Below are positions 48,334-61,777 of a DNA stretch of 64,000 nt, piece by piece. The notes beneath the pieces were generated by a model. The model did no database searches. It saw only the letters and a program-made list of their open reading frames with translations, and was not told the origin of the DNA. Location: NCBI GenBank assembly GCA_039805425.1, contig JBDLUH010000001.1, forward strand, positions 3,749 through 67,748, read 5' to 3'. Positions within the stretch are counted from its first letter, which is position 1. Each line of letters starts with the position of its first letter. A program made the position numbers and the translations under genes. This stretch comes from Actinomycetota bacterium (GTDB lineage: Bacteria; Actinomycetota; Actinomycetes; Actinomycetales; Microbacteriaceae).

Positions 48334-49092
48334 TTAAAGCGTGGTCATTCCGCCGTCAACAACAAATGTTGCACCAGTGGCAAACGAACCCTCATCGCTG
48401 GCCAAATAAACCATGATGCCAACAACATCTTTTGGCGTACCCGCGCGGCCCATGGGAATGCGGCCAACGATCGCGGCACGAGACGCTGGGTCTTCGCTGA
48501 TTGCCGAAACCAATGCGGTCTCTGTGTATCCAGGCTGCACCACATTTACTCTGATGTTGTCTAGCGCGTAGGCGCCAGCCGCTGCCCTAGCCATGCCATG
48601 TACCCCAGCCTTGGTGCTGCTGTAGGCGGCAAAGTCTTTACCCTCACCGTTCACGGCAGTTGGGCTGCCGGTCACAATAATTGAACCGCCGCCCTGAGAA
48701 AGTAGGGCTTTGACTCCGTACTTTAAGGTAAGAAATGCGCCGGTTAAATTCACATCAACAGTGCGCTGCCAAACCTCAATATCTAAATCACCAATCTTGG
48801 CATCGTGCCCAAAAAGCTGGATACCTGCGTTGGCTACCACAACATTTGGGGTCCATCCATCAGCAGCAAGTTCTGCAAAAGCGGCCGCCATTTGATCTTC
48901 TTGGGTAATGTCAACAACAGCAGCGCGTGCAACGCTTTGGCCCAGTGCCTCGGCAACTTTATTTGCAGCAGCGGCATCGCGGTCAACAATCACAACTCTT
49001 GCACCTTCGGCAGCAAAGCCCTCGGCAACCGCGCGGCCAATGCCTGACCCGGCACCGGTAACCAGTGCGGTCTTACCCTGAAGTCTTGCCAT
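48334..49092 (-). CDS. Short-chain dehydrogenase/reductase
   Basis: TGAGSGIG, NAG, YSSTK, VDGG. Confidence 0.92.
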   Translation of the reverse strand: MARLQGKTALVTGAGSGIGRAVAEGFAAEGARVVIVDRDAAAANKVAEALGQSVARAAVVDITQEDQMAAAFAELAADGWTPNVVVANAGIQLFGHDAKIGDLDIEVWQRTVDVNLTGAFLTLKYGVKALLSQGGGSIIVTGSPTAVNGEGKDFAAYSSTKAGVHGMARAAAGAYALDNIRVNVVQPGYTETALVSAISEDPASRAAIVGRIPMGRAGTPKDVVGIMVYLASDEGSFATGATFVVDGGMTTL

Positions 49093-49094
49093 GG

Positions 49095-49946
49095 TTAACG
49101 TTCAATCTTGTCTAGGTGCAACATCATTGCTAAGTTCTTGTCTAGCTCTGCGTCAGTAAATACTTTTTTCCAGTCATCGCGAACGATTGACTTGCGGCCG
49201 TAATCCATGGCAATTTTGCAGGCATCACTGAATGGGTTGTCTCCGCGCAGTGTGTTTGCCAACGCAACCTGGGTGTGGCCAAGCAAAATGCTTCTTGCGG
49301 CAGGCTCTGGAATTCCCATGGTGTGAACAGCCTCGTGCAGTGACTCTTTAAGCAGGTCGCCAATCATGCAGGCGATGGTCTCAACCAACGTTGGCTCCAG
49401 CTGTGCCAACTGCTTCACAGTAACCCAGTGCACATCAATCACAGGTGCAAAAATAATTCGCACGGTGTCTTCAACAATTTGTTTTTTGGTAGCGTCTTCT
49501 GATTCGATTGCCGCAATCGCATCTTGCGGCGCTGCGATGCCACCAAAAGTGTCTGCGTATTCCTCAGGCGTGGTGCGCTGTAAGAACACCGATGGGTGGC
49601 ACGGGTGTGTGACGGCATTGATTACATCATCACGACGAGTTAGCAAACCCGCGTATGCCGCAGCCGGATCAAGAGTAAGTGCAATCGCACCCGACTTCAT
49701 TAGTGGAACCAGTTCTGCAGTAACAGACTTAAGAGCCAAATCTGGTACTGCAAAAATTACGATGTCAGCGTTTGCTACCCCATCAGCTGAAGCAGTTAGA
49801 ACTCGGCCTGCACCGGTTACGCGCTCTTGTCCTGCAGGTGAATTTTCAGAGTAAGTCACGTTTTGGGTGGTTTTTACCAAGTTGTTTGATACTCGCATTC
49901 CCATTTTTCCACCGGCACCGATAACGGCAATGTTGTATGTATTCAC
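49095..49946 (-). CDS. apnO: Probable D-apionate oxidoisomerase
   Basis: IGAGGKMGMRVSNNL, AVPD, LDPAA, HPCHPS, LEP.L.ET, FSDAC; GTG start overlapping the upstream TGA. Confidence 0.72.
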   Translation of the reverse strand: MNTYNIAVIGAGGKMGMRVSNNLVKTTQNVTYSENSPAGQERVTGAGRVLTASADGVANADIVIFAVPDLALKSVTAELVPLMKSGAIALTLDPAAAYAGLLTRRDDVINAVTHPCHPSVFLQRTTPEEYADTFGGIAAPQDAIAAIESEDATKKQIVEDTVRIIFAPVIDVHWVTVKQLAQLEPTLVETIACMIGDLLKESLHEAVHTMGIPEPAARSILLGHTQVALANTLRGDNPFSDACKIAMDYGRKSIVRDDWKKVFTDAELDKNLAMMLHLDKIER

Positions 49947-50737
49947 TTGGTACTCCTTAAGTACTCGATTGTTTTGATAGTCCACGATTTCTCGAGGGCA
50001 ATAGTTGACTCAATGTCTCCTTGCCAAGGTAGCCAGTGTTCAACAATTTCGTTAATTCCCTTGCTTCTTGGCTCAACTGTGTGAAGCAGGTGACTGTAGT
50101 CGTGGGCTCCTGTGCCCATTGCAGTTCCGGTGAAAGTGAAGCCAACCCAACCATCCTGTCGGGCAAAAGCAAAATCCTTAACATGGATGTTTTTCACCAG
50201 CGGGGCGGCAGTCTCAACGCATTGTTTTGGGTGCTCTAAGCGGGCCACTACATTTGCCGGATCTAAGCAAATTCCAAGGTTTTTGCTACCGTTTTTGCGA
50301 ACAAGTTCAGCCAAGTCAACGGTGCTTATTTGTTCATAAGTCTCTAGGGCCAGGGTGACCCCGGCAGCTTCATATTGCGGCATTGCTTGGCTTAGGTACT
50401 GGGCCGCCTGCTCCAATGTTGGTCTGCTGGTTGGTGAGTAGACCATGCTGCGCACCAGTTTGGCATCGAAGATTTTGGCCAAATTTAAGAACAGCTGAAG
50501 ATTTTCAGGCTCAATACCCTTGGTGCCAAGCTCAATTGTCAGCCCCAAGGCTTTGGCGTCAGCTGCAGCAGCCTCAAGCTCGGCATCACTCATCTTTATA
50601 AGGGGTGCGTAATCGCAAATCTGAAACAGATCAACGCCAAGATCCTTTGTGATTTGAAAAACTTGGGCAAGCGTCAAAGCGTTTAGGTTCTTCTCGGACT
50701 GCTGCCAGAAGAATGCGTAACTACCAAGACCAATCAT
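49943..50737 (-). CDS. Xylose-isomerase-like TIM-barrel protein, probable 3-oxo-isoapionate decarboxylase
   Basis: QICD, ELGTKG, LALETYE, CLDPAN, HVKDF, EHWLPWQ; lies between apnO and the erythrulose genes. Confidence 0.65.
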   Translation of the reverse strand: MIGLGSYAFFWQQSEKNLNALTLAQVFQITKDLGVDLFQICDYAPLIKMSDAELEAAAADAKALGLTIELGTKGIEPENLQLFLNLAKIFDAKLVRSMVYSPTSRPTLEQAAQYLSQAMPQYEAAGVTLALETYEQISTVDLAELVRKNGSKNLGICLDPANVVARLEHPKQCVETAAPLVKNIHVKDFAFARQDGWVGFTFTGTAMGTGAHDYSHLLHTVEPRSKGINEIVEHWLPWQGDIESTIALEKSWTIKTIEYLRSTK

Positions 50738-50745
50738 GGTTAATC

Positions 50746-51537
50746 CTATGCAGCCTTTTCTGCCAACAAAGCCGAAACTTCGTTAAGCATCTGAAATATA
50801 TTTTGTGGGTCGTGAGCAAAGCGTCCAAGAAACAATCCCGTTACCTCACCCTTCAATTCTGTTAATAAGCCTGGTCCTGCACTGCCACCATAAATAACTC
50901 TCGAGCCGGCAAGTTGTTGGTTTGATTTGAGATACTCGGTAATCAACTTGCAAACTTCAACGATGTGCTCTGTTGAGGCTGGATTCTGTGCACCAATTGC
51001 CCAAACAGGTTCGTATGCAACTAAAAGCTGAACAGGTGTGCTGCCAAGTGATTCAATTGCGCTCTCGATTTGCGCAATAGCTACTTTTGCACCCTCCATA
51101 GGCGAAGCGTGGTTCTGTTCGCCAACGCAAAGCACCGGCACCAAATTGTTCCTTGCAGCAGCGGCAACTTTAAGTGAAACATCTCTATCCGTCTCGCCAA
51201 ATAGCCTGCGGCGTTCTGCGTGTCCAATTTCTACAAAATCACAGCCAAGTTCGCGAATCATAGGTGCACCAACTTCTCCGGTAAAGGCACCCCCATCTTC
51301 GTGATATAGATTCTGTGCACCCAAGCCCAGGTTTGAACTTTGTAAAACTTGGCTTACCACTCCAAGGGTTGGCATTGATGGCAACACAAATAGTTTTACC
51401 AAGCCATTTGATACGGCGGGGTGACTCTGCACAATTGCTGCAACCTGCTTGCACCAGTCAATTGTTTCTTGATGCCCAAAATACATCTTTAAGCTCACGC
51501 CTAGGATGATCGGATATTTAGAGATATCAGTCGGCAT
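50746..51537 (-). CDS. Triose-phosphate isomerase family, probable L-erythrulose-1-phosphate isomerase (LerI/EryH-like)
   Basis: GVSLKMY (not NWK), GHAERR, AYEPVWAIG, YGGSAGPG, FLGRFAH. Confidence 0.78.
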   Translation of the reverse strand: MPTDISKYPIILGVSLKMYFGHQETIDWCKQVAAIVQSHPAVSNGLVKLFVLPSMPTLGVVSQVLQSSNLGLGAQNLYHEDGGAFTGEVGAPMIRELGCDFVEIGHAERRRLFGETDRDVSLKVAAAARNNLVPVLCVGEQNHASPMEGAKVAIAQIESAIESLGSTPVQLLVAYEPVWAIGAQNPASTEHIVEVCKLITEYLKSNQQLAGSRVIYGGSAGPGLLTELKGEVTGLFLGRFAHDPQNIFQMLNEVSALLAEKAA

Positions 51538-51544
51538 GATGTTT

Positions 51545-52018
51545 TTAGTCGCAGCTTCCAACAGATTCATATTTCTCAATGACCTTAACCTTGTCGGCAG
51601 ATGCAGAAGAGCTATCAAACTCATAGGTCAACCATTCTTTGGCTAGGCGCCGGGCTAGCTCAATGCCAACTACGCGCTGACCCATGCAAAGAATTTGTGC
51701 ATCGTTGCTAAGTACGGATCGTTCAACACTAAAGCTGTCGTGTGCCGTTACAGCGCGAATACCAGGCACCTTGTTTGCAGCAATAGCAACGCCCAGGCCG
51801 GTTCCGCACATGATGATTGCGCGGTCTACTTTGCCTTCGGCTACCAATTCGGCAGCGGCAATTGCAACCTTTGGATAGGCGGTGTGCCCATCGGCATCAA
51901 CGCCAACGTCAATTACTTCAATAACGTTTGGATTTTCCTGGAGATCCTTTTTTAGAATCTCTTTATATTGAAAACCTGCATCATCGCAGCCAATGGCTAC
52001 TCTCCACTTTTTGGACAT
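51545..52018 (-). CDS. RpiB/LacA family isomerase, probable D-erythrulose-4-phosphate isomerase (DerI-like)
   Basis: GCDDAG (DD rather than DH), CGTGLG...[14 protein letters not shown]. Confidence 0.82.
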   Translation of the reverse strand: MSKKWRVAIGCDDAGFQYKEILKKDLQENPNVIEVIDVGVDADGHTAYPKVAIAAAELVAEGKVDRAIIMCGTGLGVAIAANKVPGIRAVTAHDSFSVERSVLSNDAQILCMGQRVVGIELARRLAKEWLTYEFDSSSASADKVKVIEKYESVGSCD

Positions 52019-52020
52019 CT

Positions 52021-53739
52021 CTACTTCCATACTCTCTCTATGGCGCTAATAATCATGGCCATTGATAGGGCTCCAGGGTCTGGAGTTCCAATACTCTTGT
52101 GGGCGTGCGGCCTGGCACGTCCAATTTTTGGTAGCAAATCTTTAGTATCAATGGCTGTCTTCATGGCAACATCTGAGGCTGCAGACCAGCTGTCTGCAAA
52201 AGTTTCGCCAGCGGCCACCTGCTTGGCAAAGGCGATGGCAAACGGTTCTAATGTGTCGATTAAAGTCTTGTCGCCAACTTGGGCTTTACCAAAGTTTTTC
52301 ACATTCTGAAGAGCTAGATTGAAGCCGGAAACTAGTTGTTCTTTAGTAATTTCTGAATCGTTGTTTATTTCAGAAGCAATTGACGAAAGAATCACACCCC
52401 AAAGAACACCCGATGTACCTCCGGCAAAATCACTCCATGCATCGGCGGCGGAATTCAAAAGCGCCGCTGCACCACCGCCAGCTTCAACAGCTTGTTTTGC
52501 CGCTTTATCAGCAGCTGCCACCCCGCGCTTCATACCAATTCCGTGGTCACCATCACCGGCAATTGCGTCAATGCGACCAAGCTCTTCAACTTCATTATCA
52601 ATTAGCGCATGTGCGAGTGAAATTGCGTGAGCAAGTTTTCTTGCCTCAACCTGTGATGTTTCTGACCCAACGGTAATAGTTTGCGCTACAGCCGAAGGAT
52701 CAAAGTATTCTTGCGCATCTACGTCTGCCTGAGCGACTATGCCTTTGCGATAGGCAGGTGTACTTGTTGGGGCAACCCAAGCTTCTTCAAGTTGTTTATC
52801 TAGCCAGAACAAAGTCAAAGAAACACCTGCCATGTCAAAGCTGGTAACTAACTCGCCAACTTCAGGCTCAACGATTGTGATGTTCTTTGCCTCTAGCAGT
52901 TGGCTTACTTTGCGATAAAGAACAAAAAGTTCTTCATACTTAACCCGGCCAAGCCCACTAAGAATTACTGCCGCGCGTGAACCGCTTACCTCAATGCCCT
53001 CAGGCAACTCACTTAGTACTTTTTCTACCATTATGTCGGCAAGGTCATCAGCCGATGGGTGGTCCATTTTATAAAGACCCGGCTCACCGTGAATGCCCAT
53101 GCCAACTTCCATGGTGCCATCGGCCACAGAAAAGAGTGGTGTCGTTGCTCCTGGCAAAGTACAACCACTGAACGCTACGCCAATTGTTCGAACTCTGTCG
53201 TTCGCTTTTGTAGCAAGCTGGGTTACTTGTTTTAAGCTCATGCCCTGCTCGGCCGCCCAGCCTGCAACTTTGAATACAGCAAGATCACCAGCAATGCCGC
53301 GGCGCTTGTGTATTTCTTCGTTGGAAGCTGAAGCTATGTCATCGGTGACAACAACTGTTTCAACTTCATACCCCTCGGAACGCAATCGCTCTTGGGCCTG
53401 ATTAAAGTTCAATACATCGCCTGCATAGTTTCCATAGCTGAATAGAATTCCGCCGCCGTTACTTGCAGACTTGGCTACGTTATAAATCTGTTGGGTAGAT
53501 GGTGAAGCGAACACATTTCCTAGGGCCGCACCGTGTGCAAGGCCAGCTCCAACCAAACCGCCAAAGGCCGGGTAGTGGCCAGAGCCACCACCAATTACAA
53601 CCGCAACCTGGCCACTCTTTGGGCGAACGCGGCGCACGACTCCCCCTCGTACGGCAGCAACCCAAGCGCTAAATGCCGCAGCAAAGCCCTCGTGTGATTC
53701 GGCCGCGAAATCCTGCGGGTCGTTGTGAAGGAAAGTCAT
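52021..53739 (-). CDS. Dak1-Dak2 kinase, probable L-erythrulose kinase (LerK-like)
   Basis: [41 protein letters not shown]. Confidence 0.85.
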   Translation of the reverse strand: MTFLHNDPQDFAAESHEGFAAAFSAWVAAVRGGVVRRVRPKSGQVAVVIGGGSGHYPAFGGLVGAGLAHGAALGNVFASPSTQQIYNVAKSASNGGGILFSYGNYAGDVLNFNQAQERLRSEGYEVETVVVTDDIASASNEEIHKRRGIAGDLAVFKVAGWAAEQGMSLKQVTQLATKANDRVRTIGVAFSGCTLPGATTPLFSVADGTMEVGMGIHGEPGLYKMDHPSADDLADIMVEKVLSELPEGIEVSGSRAAVILSGLGRVKYEELFVLYRKVSQLLEAKNITIVEPEVGELVTSFDMAGVSLTLFWLDKQLEEAWVAPTSTPAYRKGIVAQADVDAQEYFDPSAVAQTITVGSETSQVEARKLAHAISLAHALIDNEVEELGRIDAIAGDGDHGIGMKRGVAAADKAAKQAVEAGGGAAALLNSAADAWSDFAGGTSGVLWGVILSSIASEINNDSEITKEQLVSGFNLALQNVKNFGKAQVGDKTLIDTLEPFAIAFAKQVAAGETFADSWSAASDVAMKTAIDTKDLLPKIGRARPHAHKSIGTPDPGALSMAMIISAIERVWK

Positions 53740-53740
53740 A

Positions 53741-53755
53741 ATGTTATTATCACAT
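53741..53755. promoter_or_regulatory. Probable DeoR operator overlapping a leaderless promoter
   Basis: Imperfect palindrome ATGTTAT-T-ATCACAT overlapping a minus-strand GATAAT that lies 6 nt before the kinase ATG; TGTTAT/ATCACAT half-sites recur upstream of the DeoR gene. Confidence 0.5.
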
Positions 53756-53789
53756 CTACATAACAGAAATTATGGGATAAATAATTACT

Positions 53790-54605
53790 TCACTGTAACG
53801 ATTGGCCCGCCACAATTATGTCGATATCCTTCGAGCGCATCTTCTCAATTTCTTCCGGGCTAGTGGCAGCGTCTACTATCACGTGGTCAAATTCATCTAA
53901 GCGAGCCAAGGCGTGCAGGGCTCGTCGCTCAAATTTGGTGTGATCCACGAGCAAAATTCGCTTGGTTGCTACTTCAAACATGGCTCTCTTGGTTGCTACG
54001 GCCTCTTCTGACTGGTGAAAGCACATACCGTCACTGATTGCCGCGGTAGACATGATCAAAAGATCTGCTCTTAGGCGCTTTATCGACTCAGCCGTCATTG
54101 CACCCATAAAGGCGGAACACCAATTGTGATAGGTGCCCCCCAGGCCAACCAACGAGATTCCGCGAACCCCATTTAGCTCGTTCATCACTGTCAAAACGTT
54201 GGTAATTACTGTCAACGGTGACTTTTCGTGCAGCATCTTCACCAGATGCAAGGCAGTGGTTGAGTCGTCAATAATGATGGATTGGCCTGGCTCAATAAAC
54301 TCAAGGGCGGCCTTCGCGATGGCCATTTTTGCCGGAGTTTCCTGGCCTCGACGGTAGACATCTGATGATTCCACCAGGGTAGAAGAAAGTGCTGTGGCCA
54401 AACCACGGGTTTTGCGCAGGAGTCCGCGATCTTCAAGCTCATCCAGGTCTCGGTGCACGGTCATTAATGACGCTCCAAAACGCTCGGCCAGAGCCTCTAT
54501 GCGCACCGAACCTTCGCTCATAACCGCCTCGGCTATTCCCCGCTGCCTGGCCTGCTGTTTAGAAACGTATGGCTCGCTACTTAGATCAATTTCGCTCATG
54601 GTCAC
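53790..54605 (-). CDS. DeoR/GlpR family transcriptional regulator
   Basis: LAERFGASLMTVHRDLDELE, IDDSTT, VITN, LVDHTKF. Confidence 0.93.
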   Translation of the reverse strand: MTMSEIDLSSEPYVSKQQARQRGIAEAVMSEGSVRIEALAERFGASLMTVHRDLDELEDRGLLRKTRGLATALSSTLVESSDVYRRGQETPAKMAIAKAALEFIEPGQSIIIDDSTTALHLVKMLHEKSPLTVITNVLTVMNELNGVRGISLVGLGGTYHNWCSAFMGAMTAESIKRLRADLLIMSTAAISDGMCFHQSEEAVATKRAMFEVATKRILLVDHTKFERRALHALARLDEFDHVIVDAATSPEEIEKMRSKDIDIIVAGQSLQ

Positions 54606-54682
54606 ACCCGATAACTTGTTTTGTTAAGTTCTACGTCTGATTATGTTATAAAAATAACTAGAAGTTAAAACTTTCATCACAT

Positions 54683-55270
54683 CTAAGAGCTGCGGAACGC
54701 GCGCTTCACCGGATACTCAAGGTATTCGGCCGCAAACTCCAGATTCGGCGAGCGCCAAGCAAAGTCGCGAGCTACCTTGGCCAGGGCCGCCCAGAAAAAT
54801 ACGTTCAATAGGTCAACACCAATGTGAGTCATGCTGTCTCCCGGCAGGGCCTTACCAATCATTCGGCGCAGCAGGGTTGGCACATCGCTTAGGCCAAAGC
54901 GGTGCAGTGCAGCCCGCACCTCAAACTCAAGCTCTCTTGCTCGACGCGGGTTCCAAAGCGGGTTACCACCAGAGCCATCACCCATTCGGCCAAAATCATC
55001 GGTTGGTAAGTGCAGCAAAATGTGTGCAACCATAGCGTGGCTGTAACGGGCGCCATCTAGCTGGTCAAAGATCTCGGCAAAGTTATCTATCTCGTAGCCG
55101 CATTTACGCAGATCTAAGACATCGGGGTAATAAGGAAACTTATAAAAGGGAATGTGCTTGATTTCAGGCTGACCCTTGCGCACGCGCACTTTGGTGCTGG
55201 TATCGCCCTCGGCAACGCCCCAGTTTAGGGTTGCCTCATCAGGCTCCCCCGCCTTCCAGTCGTTGCTCAT
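54683..55270 (-). CDS. Hypothetical protein
   Basis: 195-aa ORF starting 4 nt after the gluconokinase stop; no motif recognised. Confidence 0.6.
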   Translation of the reverse strand: MSNDWKAGEPDEATLNWGVAEGDTSTKVRVRKGQPEIKHIPFYKFPYYPDVLDLRKCGYEIDNFAEIFDQLDGARYSHAMVAHILLHLPTDDFGRMGDGSGGNPLWNPRRARELEFEVRAALHRFGLSDVPTLLRRMIGKALPGDSMTHIGVDLLNVFFWAALAKVARDFAWRSPNLEFAAEYLEYPVKRAFRSS

Positions 55271-55274
55271 GCCA

Positions 55275-55796
55275 TCAATTATCGGCTAAGACTCTTCTAA
55301 CAATCTCTTCGGCAGGTAAAGAAATGTCGTAAACCTTGCCGGGTTCGCCTTCACCTAGCATTTCAAGGGTTTCTAGTTGGCTGGCCAGCATATTGGCCTT
55401 CATAAAGTGCCCCTCGCGAGACTTCATGCGGCTGGCTAACAGCTCAGGGGTTCCGTGCAGGTGCACAAAAATAGTGCCAGGTGCCGCTGCCAGAATACGT
55501 TCCCTATAAATACGTTTCAATGCGCTGCAGGCAATCACCGTACCGGTTGGCTTTACAAGTTCAAAAACATCAATGGGATTTGGCGCCCCGTTTAGTGCAG
55601 CACCTACTAAATCAAGCCAAGGCCAACGGTCTTCATCATTCAGTGGCGTGCCACCGGCCATCTTGTCTTTATTTGATTTTGGGTGCAAATCATCACCGTC
55701 AATAAAGCGCGCGCCTAGGTGTTCAGCAAGTAATGCACCCACGGTAGATTTTCCACAACCAGAGACGCCCATCACAACAATGCGAGTGTTAATCAT
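55275..55796 (-). CDS. Gluconokinase (GntK/IdnK type)
   Basis: MGVSGCGKST, DGDDLHP, PLNDEDRWPWL, ACSALKR, HFM...L.SQL.TLE. Confidence 0.92.
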   Translation of the reverse strand: MINTRIVVMGVSGCGKSTVGALLAEHLGARFIDGDDLHPKSNKDKMAGGTPLNDEDRWPWLDLVGAALNGAPNPIDVFELVKPTGTVIACSALKRIYRERILAAAPGTIFVHLHGTPELLASRMKSREGHFMKANMLASQLETLEMLGEGEPGKVYDISLPAEEIVRRVLADN

Positions 55797-55834
55797 GGGC
55801 GCCTATGATTCATTTCCAATGGAGAACGTTCGGT

Positions 55835-57097
55835 TTACCAGTCGTGCATGGTGCCATCAACCTTTAGACGGTTGACTGGCAAGTATGCAGGCTCGTACTC
55901 GAACTGTGAAGCGAGTTTCTCATCGTAAGAAACTCCCAGTCCTGGTGAAGTGCCAGGGCGGATTAGGCCATCAGAGAATGTGTATTCCGGTTGGAAGACA
56001 TCATTGGTATCTGATGAGTGCTGCATGTATTCACTGATGCCGTAGTTGTGAATTGCCATGCCAAGGTGCAGCGATGCTGCGTGACCAATAGGTGACACAT
56101 CAGTAGGACCGTGCACACCAGACTTAATTTGATACACAGCTGCGTAATCAAAAATCTTCTTCAACGGTGTAATACCGCCACCGTGACTTACCGGAGAGCG
56201 AACGTAGTCAATCAGTTGCTCTTCGAATAGATCCTTGTAGTCGTAGATTGTGTTGAAGATTTCACCAACCGCAAGCGGTGTTGTGGTGTGCTGACGAATT
56301 AAGCGGAACGCATCGGTGTTTTCTGCTGGAGTCAAATCTTCAAGCCAGAACAAATCGTAAGGCTCAAGAGATTTACCAAGGCGCGCAGCCTGAATTGGTG
56401 TTAGGCGGTGGTGACCGTCGTGCAGCAACGGTAGGTCTGGACCAAACTCGTTACGCACTGCCTCAAAGACCGATGGAATGTAGTTCAAGTAGGCGCGGGT
56501 GTCCCACTCTTCTTCCACTGGCACGGTTGATCGGCGAGCAGGTTCGTAGTCGTAGCGAGCAGATGATGCACCCTTGCCACTTCCGGCTCCGGCCGCTGCG
56601 TTTGCTGATGAGGCAACACCGTAGACAGAATTCAAACCAGGTACACCTGTTTGCACTCGGATTGCCTTGTAACCCTTTTCTTGGTGTTCACGAATCGAGT
56701 CAAAGATTTCATTGAACTCACGACCAGACGCGTGACCGTATGCCAAGCAACCCTCTCGGCTTGCACCACCAAGTAACTGGTACAGCGGCATGTTTGCAGC
56801 TTTTGCCTTGATGTCCCAAAGCGCCATGTCAATTGCGGCAATGGCTGTCATGGTGATTGGACCACGACGCCAATACGAACCGCGATAGAAGTATTGCCAG
56901 GTGTCTTCAATGTTGTGGGCATCGCGACCAATCAACATTGGTGCAAGGTGATCACGAAGGTATGCTGCTACAGCAAGTTCGCGACCGTTTACTGTTGCAT
57001 CACCAAGACCAACTAGCCCGTCATCAGTAGTAATGCGCAGGGTAACAAAGTTACGTCCAGGTGAGTGAACGAATACTTCTGCTTTTGCGATTTTCAT
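55835..57097 (-). CDS. manD: D-mannonate dehydratase, enolase superfamily (ManD/RspA)
   Basis: [40 protein letters not shown]; start at MKIAKA. Confidence 0.9.
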   Translation of the reverse strand: MKIAKAEVFVHSPGRNFVTLRITTDDGLVGLGDATVNGRELAVAAYLRDHLAPMLIGRDAHNIEDTWQYFYRGSYWRRGPITMTAIAAIDMALWDIKAKAANMPLYQLLGGASREGCLAYGHASGREFNEIFDSIREHQEKGYKAIRVQTGVPGLNSVYGVASSANAAAGAGSGKGASSARYDYEPARRSTVPVEEEWDTRAYLNYIPSVFEAVRNEFGPDLPLLHDGHHRLTPIQAARLGKSLEPYDLFWLEDLTPAENTDAFRLIRQHTTTPLAVGEIFNTIYDYKDLFEEQLIDYVRSPVSHGGGITPLKKIFDYAAVYQIKSGVHGPTDVSPIGHAASLHLGMAIHNYGISEYMQHSSDTNDVFQPEYTFSDGLIRPGTSPGLGVSYDEKLASQFEYEPAYLPVNRLKVDGTMHDW

Positions 57098-57125
57098 CTT
57101 TTTACTTTCTCTTGTGAGTTTGGTG

Positions 57126-60288
<3,163 letters not shown>

Positions 60289-60292
<4 letters not shown>

Positions 60293-61689
60293 AGATTGAA
60301 GGCCTTTCTAGGGATAGCCACCACTAGGTCAACAGCAATCTGCTCTGCCTGCTCCATGGTGATTCGGCCTTCTGAAACCAAGCGCGCAAGATATGAGCAA
60401 TCAACTCTTCGAGCCATGTCGTGGCGAGCCGGAATTGAAAGAAATGCACGAGTGTCATCAATGAAACCTGACCCCTTATAGAAACCCGCGATTTCTGTGG
60501 TGGCCTCGCGAAAGCGCATTGCAGAATCTGGTGCGTCAAGAAACCACCAAGGCGCTCCAATAAAAACGCTTGGGTAGAACCCAGCAAGTGGCGCGACTTC
60601 TCTGCCCCAAGTTGTTTCATCAAGTGAGAACAAAATTACTTTGAGATTTGGGTGCATTCCGTATTCTTCAAGCAACGGACGAAGATTATTTACAAATTCA
60701 GCTCGCACTGGAATATCGTGACCAGTATCTGCACCGTATTTTTCAAAGGTTTCCGAGTTGTGATTTCTAAAAACTCCAGCATGAATCGTCATGACTAGGC
60801 CATCTTCACAACTCATTGCAGCCATTTGCATCAACATATGCCCGGCAAATTCACGGGCTTCTGAAACAGTTAGGTTATCGGCTATCGCTTGGTCAAATAG
60901 TTGTGAAGCTTTGGCTTCAGAGAGTGTAGTTGTGTATGGTTCGTAAACTCCATGGTCTGCGCTTATGGCTCCGTGATTTACAAAGTGAGCACGACGTTCA
61001 ACTAAGGCAGCCATGTAGTTTGCGTATGTGCTTGAAGGTTTATTTGTAGCATTAAGAAGATTCGCAACAGATTCTATGAACTTTGTATTGCGTGGATCAA
61101 TGTATGCATCTGGCCTAAATGTAGGAACAACCTTACCCTTGAATGTTTTGTCTGCGGCTAGAGCGGCATGGGCCGATAGATCGTCGCAGGGGTCATCTGT
61201 GGTTGCCAAAAATTCAATGTTGAATTTTTCAAATAGTGCACGAGGAAGCATTCTTGTTTCTAGTAGTTCTGTAGAAATTAGATCGTAAAGTTTGTCTGCG
61301 TTTGATGCACTTGGGGTTTCTGTAATCCCAAACAGAGTTGAAAATTCGTGAGTCAGCCAGTAGCCACTAGATGTTCCGGCGAATAGATTCCAGTTGCCGC
61401 AAAGAATGCTCCAGGCTTTTCTTGGGTCTGTGTTTTTACCTTTGCCTAAGTCTTCGAGGCTAAAACCGGCCGAGTGCAGAATTCGCGTCACGTAGTGGTC
61501 AAAGTAGATGAAGAGTTCGGCCGGGTTTGAAAATGGTTCGTTCTTGAGGAGCAATTGAGGATCAACATGGCCGTGCGGCGAGATGATTGGCAACTTTGCA
61601 ACTCGCTCATACAGGGCCTCAGCCACAGCGCGAACGGCTGGTTCCACCGGTAGTAACCGGGCCGCATCTAGCTTGGACTTCATTGCCAT
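60289..61689 (-). CDS. uxaC: Glucuronate isomerase
   Basis: PIISPHGH, TTDDP, PTFRPD, GAPWWFLD, DDTRAF.SIPARHD. Confidence 0.95.
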
Positions 61690-61718
61690 GCCTCAATTTC
61701 ATCGTATTTGCTGAATTT

Positions 61719-61734
61719 TGTCAATCGGTTGCCA
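61719..61734. promoter_or_regulatory. LacI-family operator upstream of uxaC
   Basis: TGTCAATCGGTTGCCA. Confidence 0.7.
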
Positions 61735-61777
61735 AAATATTTGGGTGTTTGGTATTCAATCGTTATTTTGGTCATTT

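Noticed and set aside
50746-51537. Housekeeping tpiA
   Set aside because: SLKMY and GRF motifs and the operon context point to the tetrulose-phosphate isomerase subfamily.
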